37,607 nt of DNA from a virus (lineage: Duplodnaviria > Caudoviricetes), in the IMG/VR virus record IMGVR_UViG_3300037634_004403, positions 1-37,607 of that record; one strand, given 5' to 3'. Within the stretch, counting starts at the first letter, position 1. Each line of letters opens with the position of its first letter. Under the pieces are notes generated by a model. It ran no database searches. It was not told the DNA's origin and was given only the letters and a program-made list of their open reading frames with translations. Positions 37,375 through 37,607 of this stretch are shown one piece after another. A program made the position numbers and the translations under genes.

Positions 37375-37375
37375 T
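37345..37375 (+). promoter_or_regulatory. Possible sigma70-type promoter (TTGACA-17-TATATA, or TTGACA-19-TATAGT) with a 7-bp inverted repeat in the spacer
   Basis: TTGACA at 37345-37350; TCAAGTT-AA-AACTTGA at 37352-37367. Directly upstream of ATG 37380, which has no SD. Confidence 0.4.
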
Positions 37376-37379
37376 ATAT

Positions 37380-37607
37380 ATGATTTTAGGATTAGACATA
37401 TCCACAAGCATCACGGGCTATACTCTCATAGACGGAGACAAGATAATCCTCAATAGTGCTTGGGATACGAGAAAATATAAAGACTTTTTTGAAAAGGTGA
37501 TACATGTTAAAGCAGGGTTGGAAGAGATTCACAAACAATATGGCAAGAGAATTAGAGCCGTATATATTGAACAGTCGCTACAATCGTTCCGTTCGGGCTT
37601 TTCATCT
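37380..37607 (+). CDS. RuvC-like Holliday junction resolvase / RNase H-fold nuclease (3'-truncated; absent from the ORF track)
   Basis: Manual translation gives MILGLDISTSITGYTLIDGD...IRAVYIEQSLQSFRSGFSS. It contains the RuvC first acidic motif ILGLD..T..TGY and the second motif VYIE. Confidence 0.85.
   Translation, partial: MILGLDISTSITGYTLIDGDKIILNSAWDTRKYKDFFEKVIHVKAGLEEIHKQYGKRIRAVYIEQSLQSFRSGFSS

Noticed and set aside
1-37607. Stop-codon reassignment
   Set aside because: Standard code 11 gives near-complete coding density with ORFs up to 3193 aa. TAA, TAG (304, 2245, 2863, 35945, 37374) and TGA (3542) all act as stops at gene junctions.
1-37607. CRISPR array, tRNA/ncRNA, DGR template/variable repeats, introns or inteins
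   Set aside because: The largest intergenic gap is about 50 nt. I saw no spaced direct repeats, no long near-identical repeat pairs, no reverse transcriptase, and no intein-terminal or LAGLIDADG motifs by eye. A formal scan was not possible.

Overview
This window is a densely coded, entirely plus-strand segment of a large tailed dsDNA phage with a contractile (myovirus-like) tail. It uses the standard genetic code, has very short intergenic spaces and has AGGA-type Shine-Dalgarno sites. From left to right it holds: (i) a nucleotide-sugar/glycosylation cassette (partial GT2 glycosyltransferase, NAD-dependent epimerase, short UDP-glucose-dehydrogenase-like enzyme); (ii) small genes, including an FmdB-like Zn ribbon, a membrane protein and a phage sigma-factor-like gene; (iii) about 33 kb of baseplate/tail genes (probable two-gene spike module, a 2530-aa protein of unknown function, gp25-like and gp6-like wedge proteins, a DNRLRE-like protein, a 3193-aa LamG-containing protein and several paralogous structural proteins); and (iv) the start of a RuvC-like resolvase. 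Main leads: a strong, protein-selective [S/T]-[G/A/S]-S tripeptide enrichment in a subset of virion proteins near the sugar genes (candidate virion O-glycosylation system); a repeated ACTAWTTAT motif before structural genes (candidate late promoter for the encoded sigma); a tail-fibre-collar-like domain apparently split across two pairs of paralogues; a possible circularly permuted papain-like domain in the spike module; and an excess of pure G/C runs in otherwise AT-rich coding DNA. All functional calls come from reading motifs by eye; no database searches were run.
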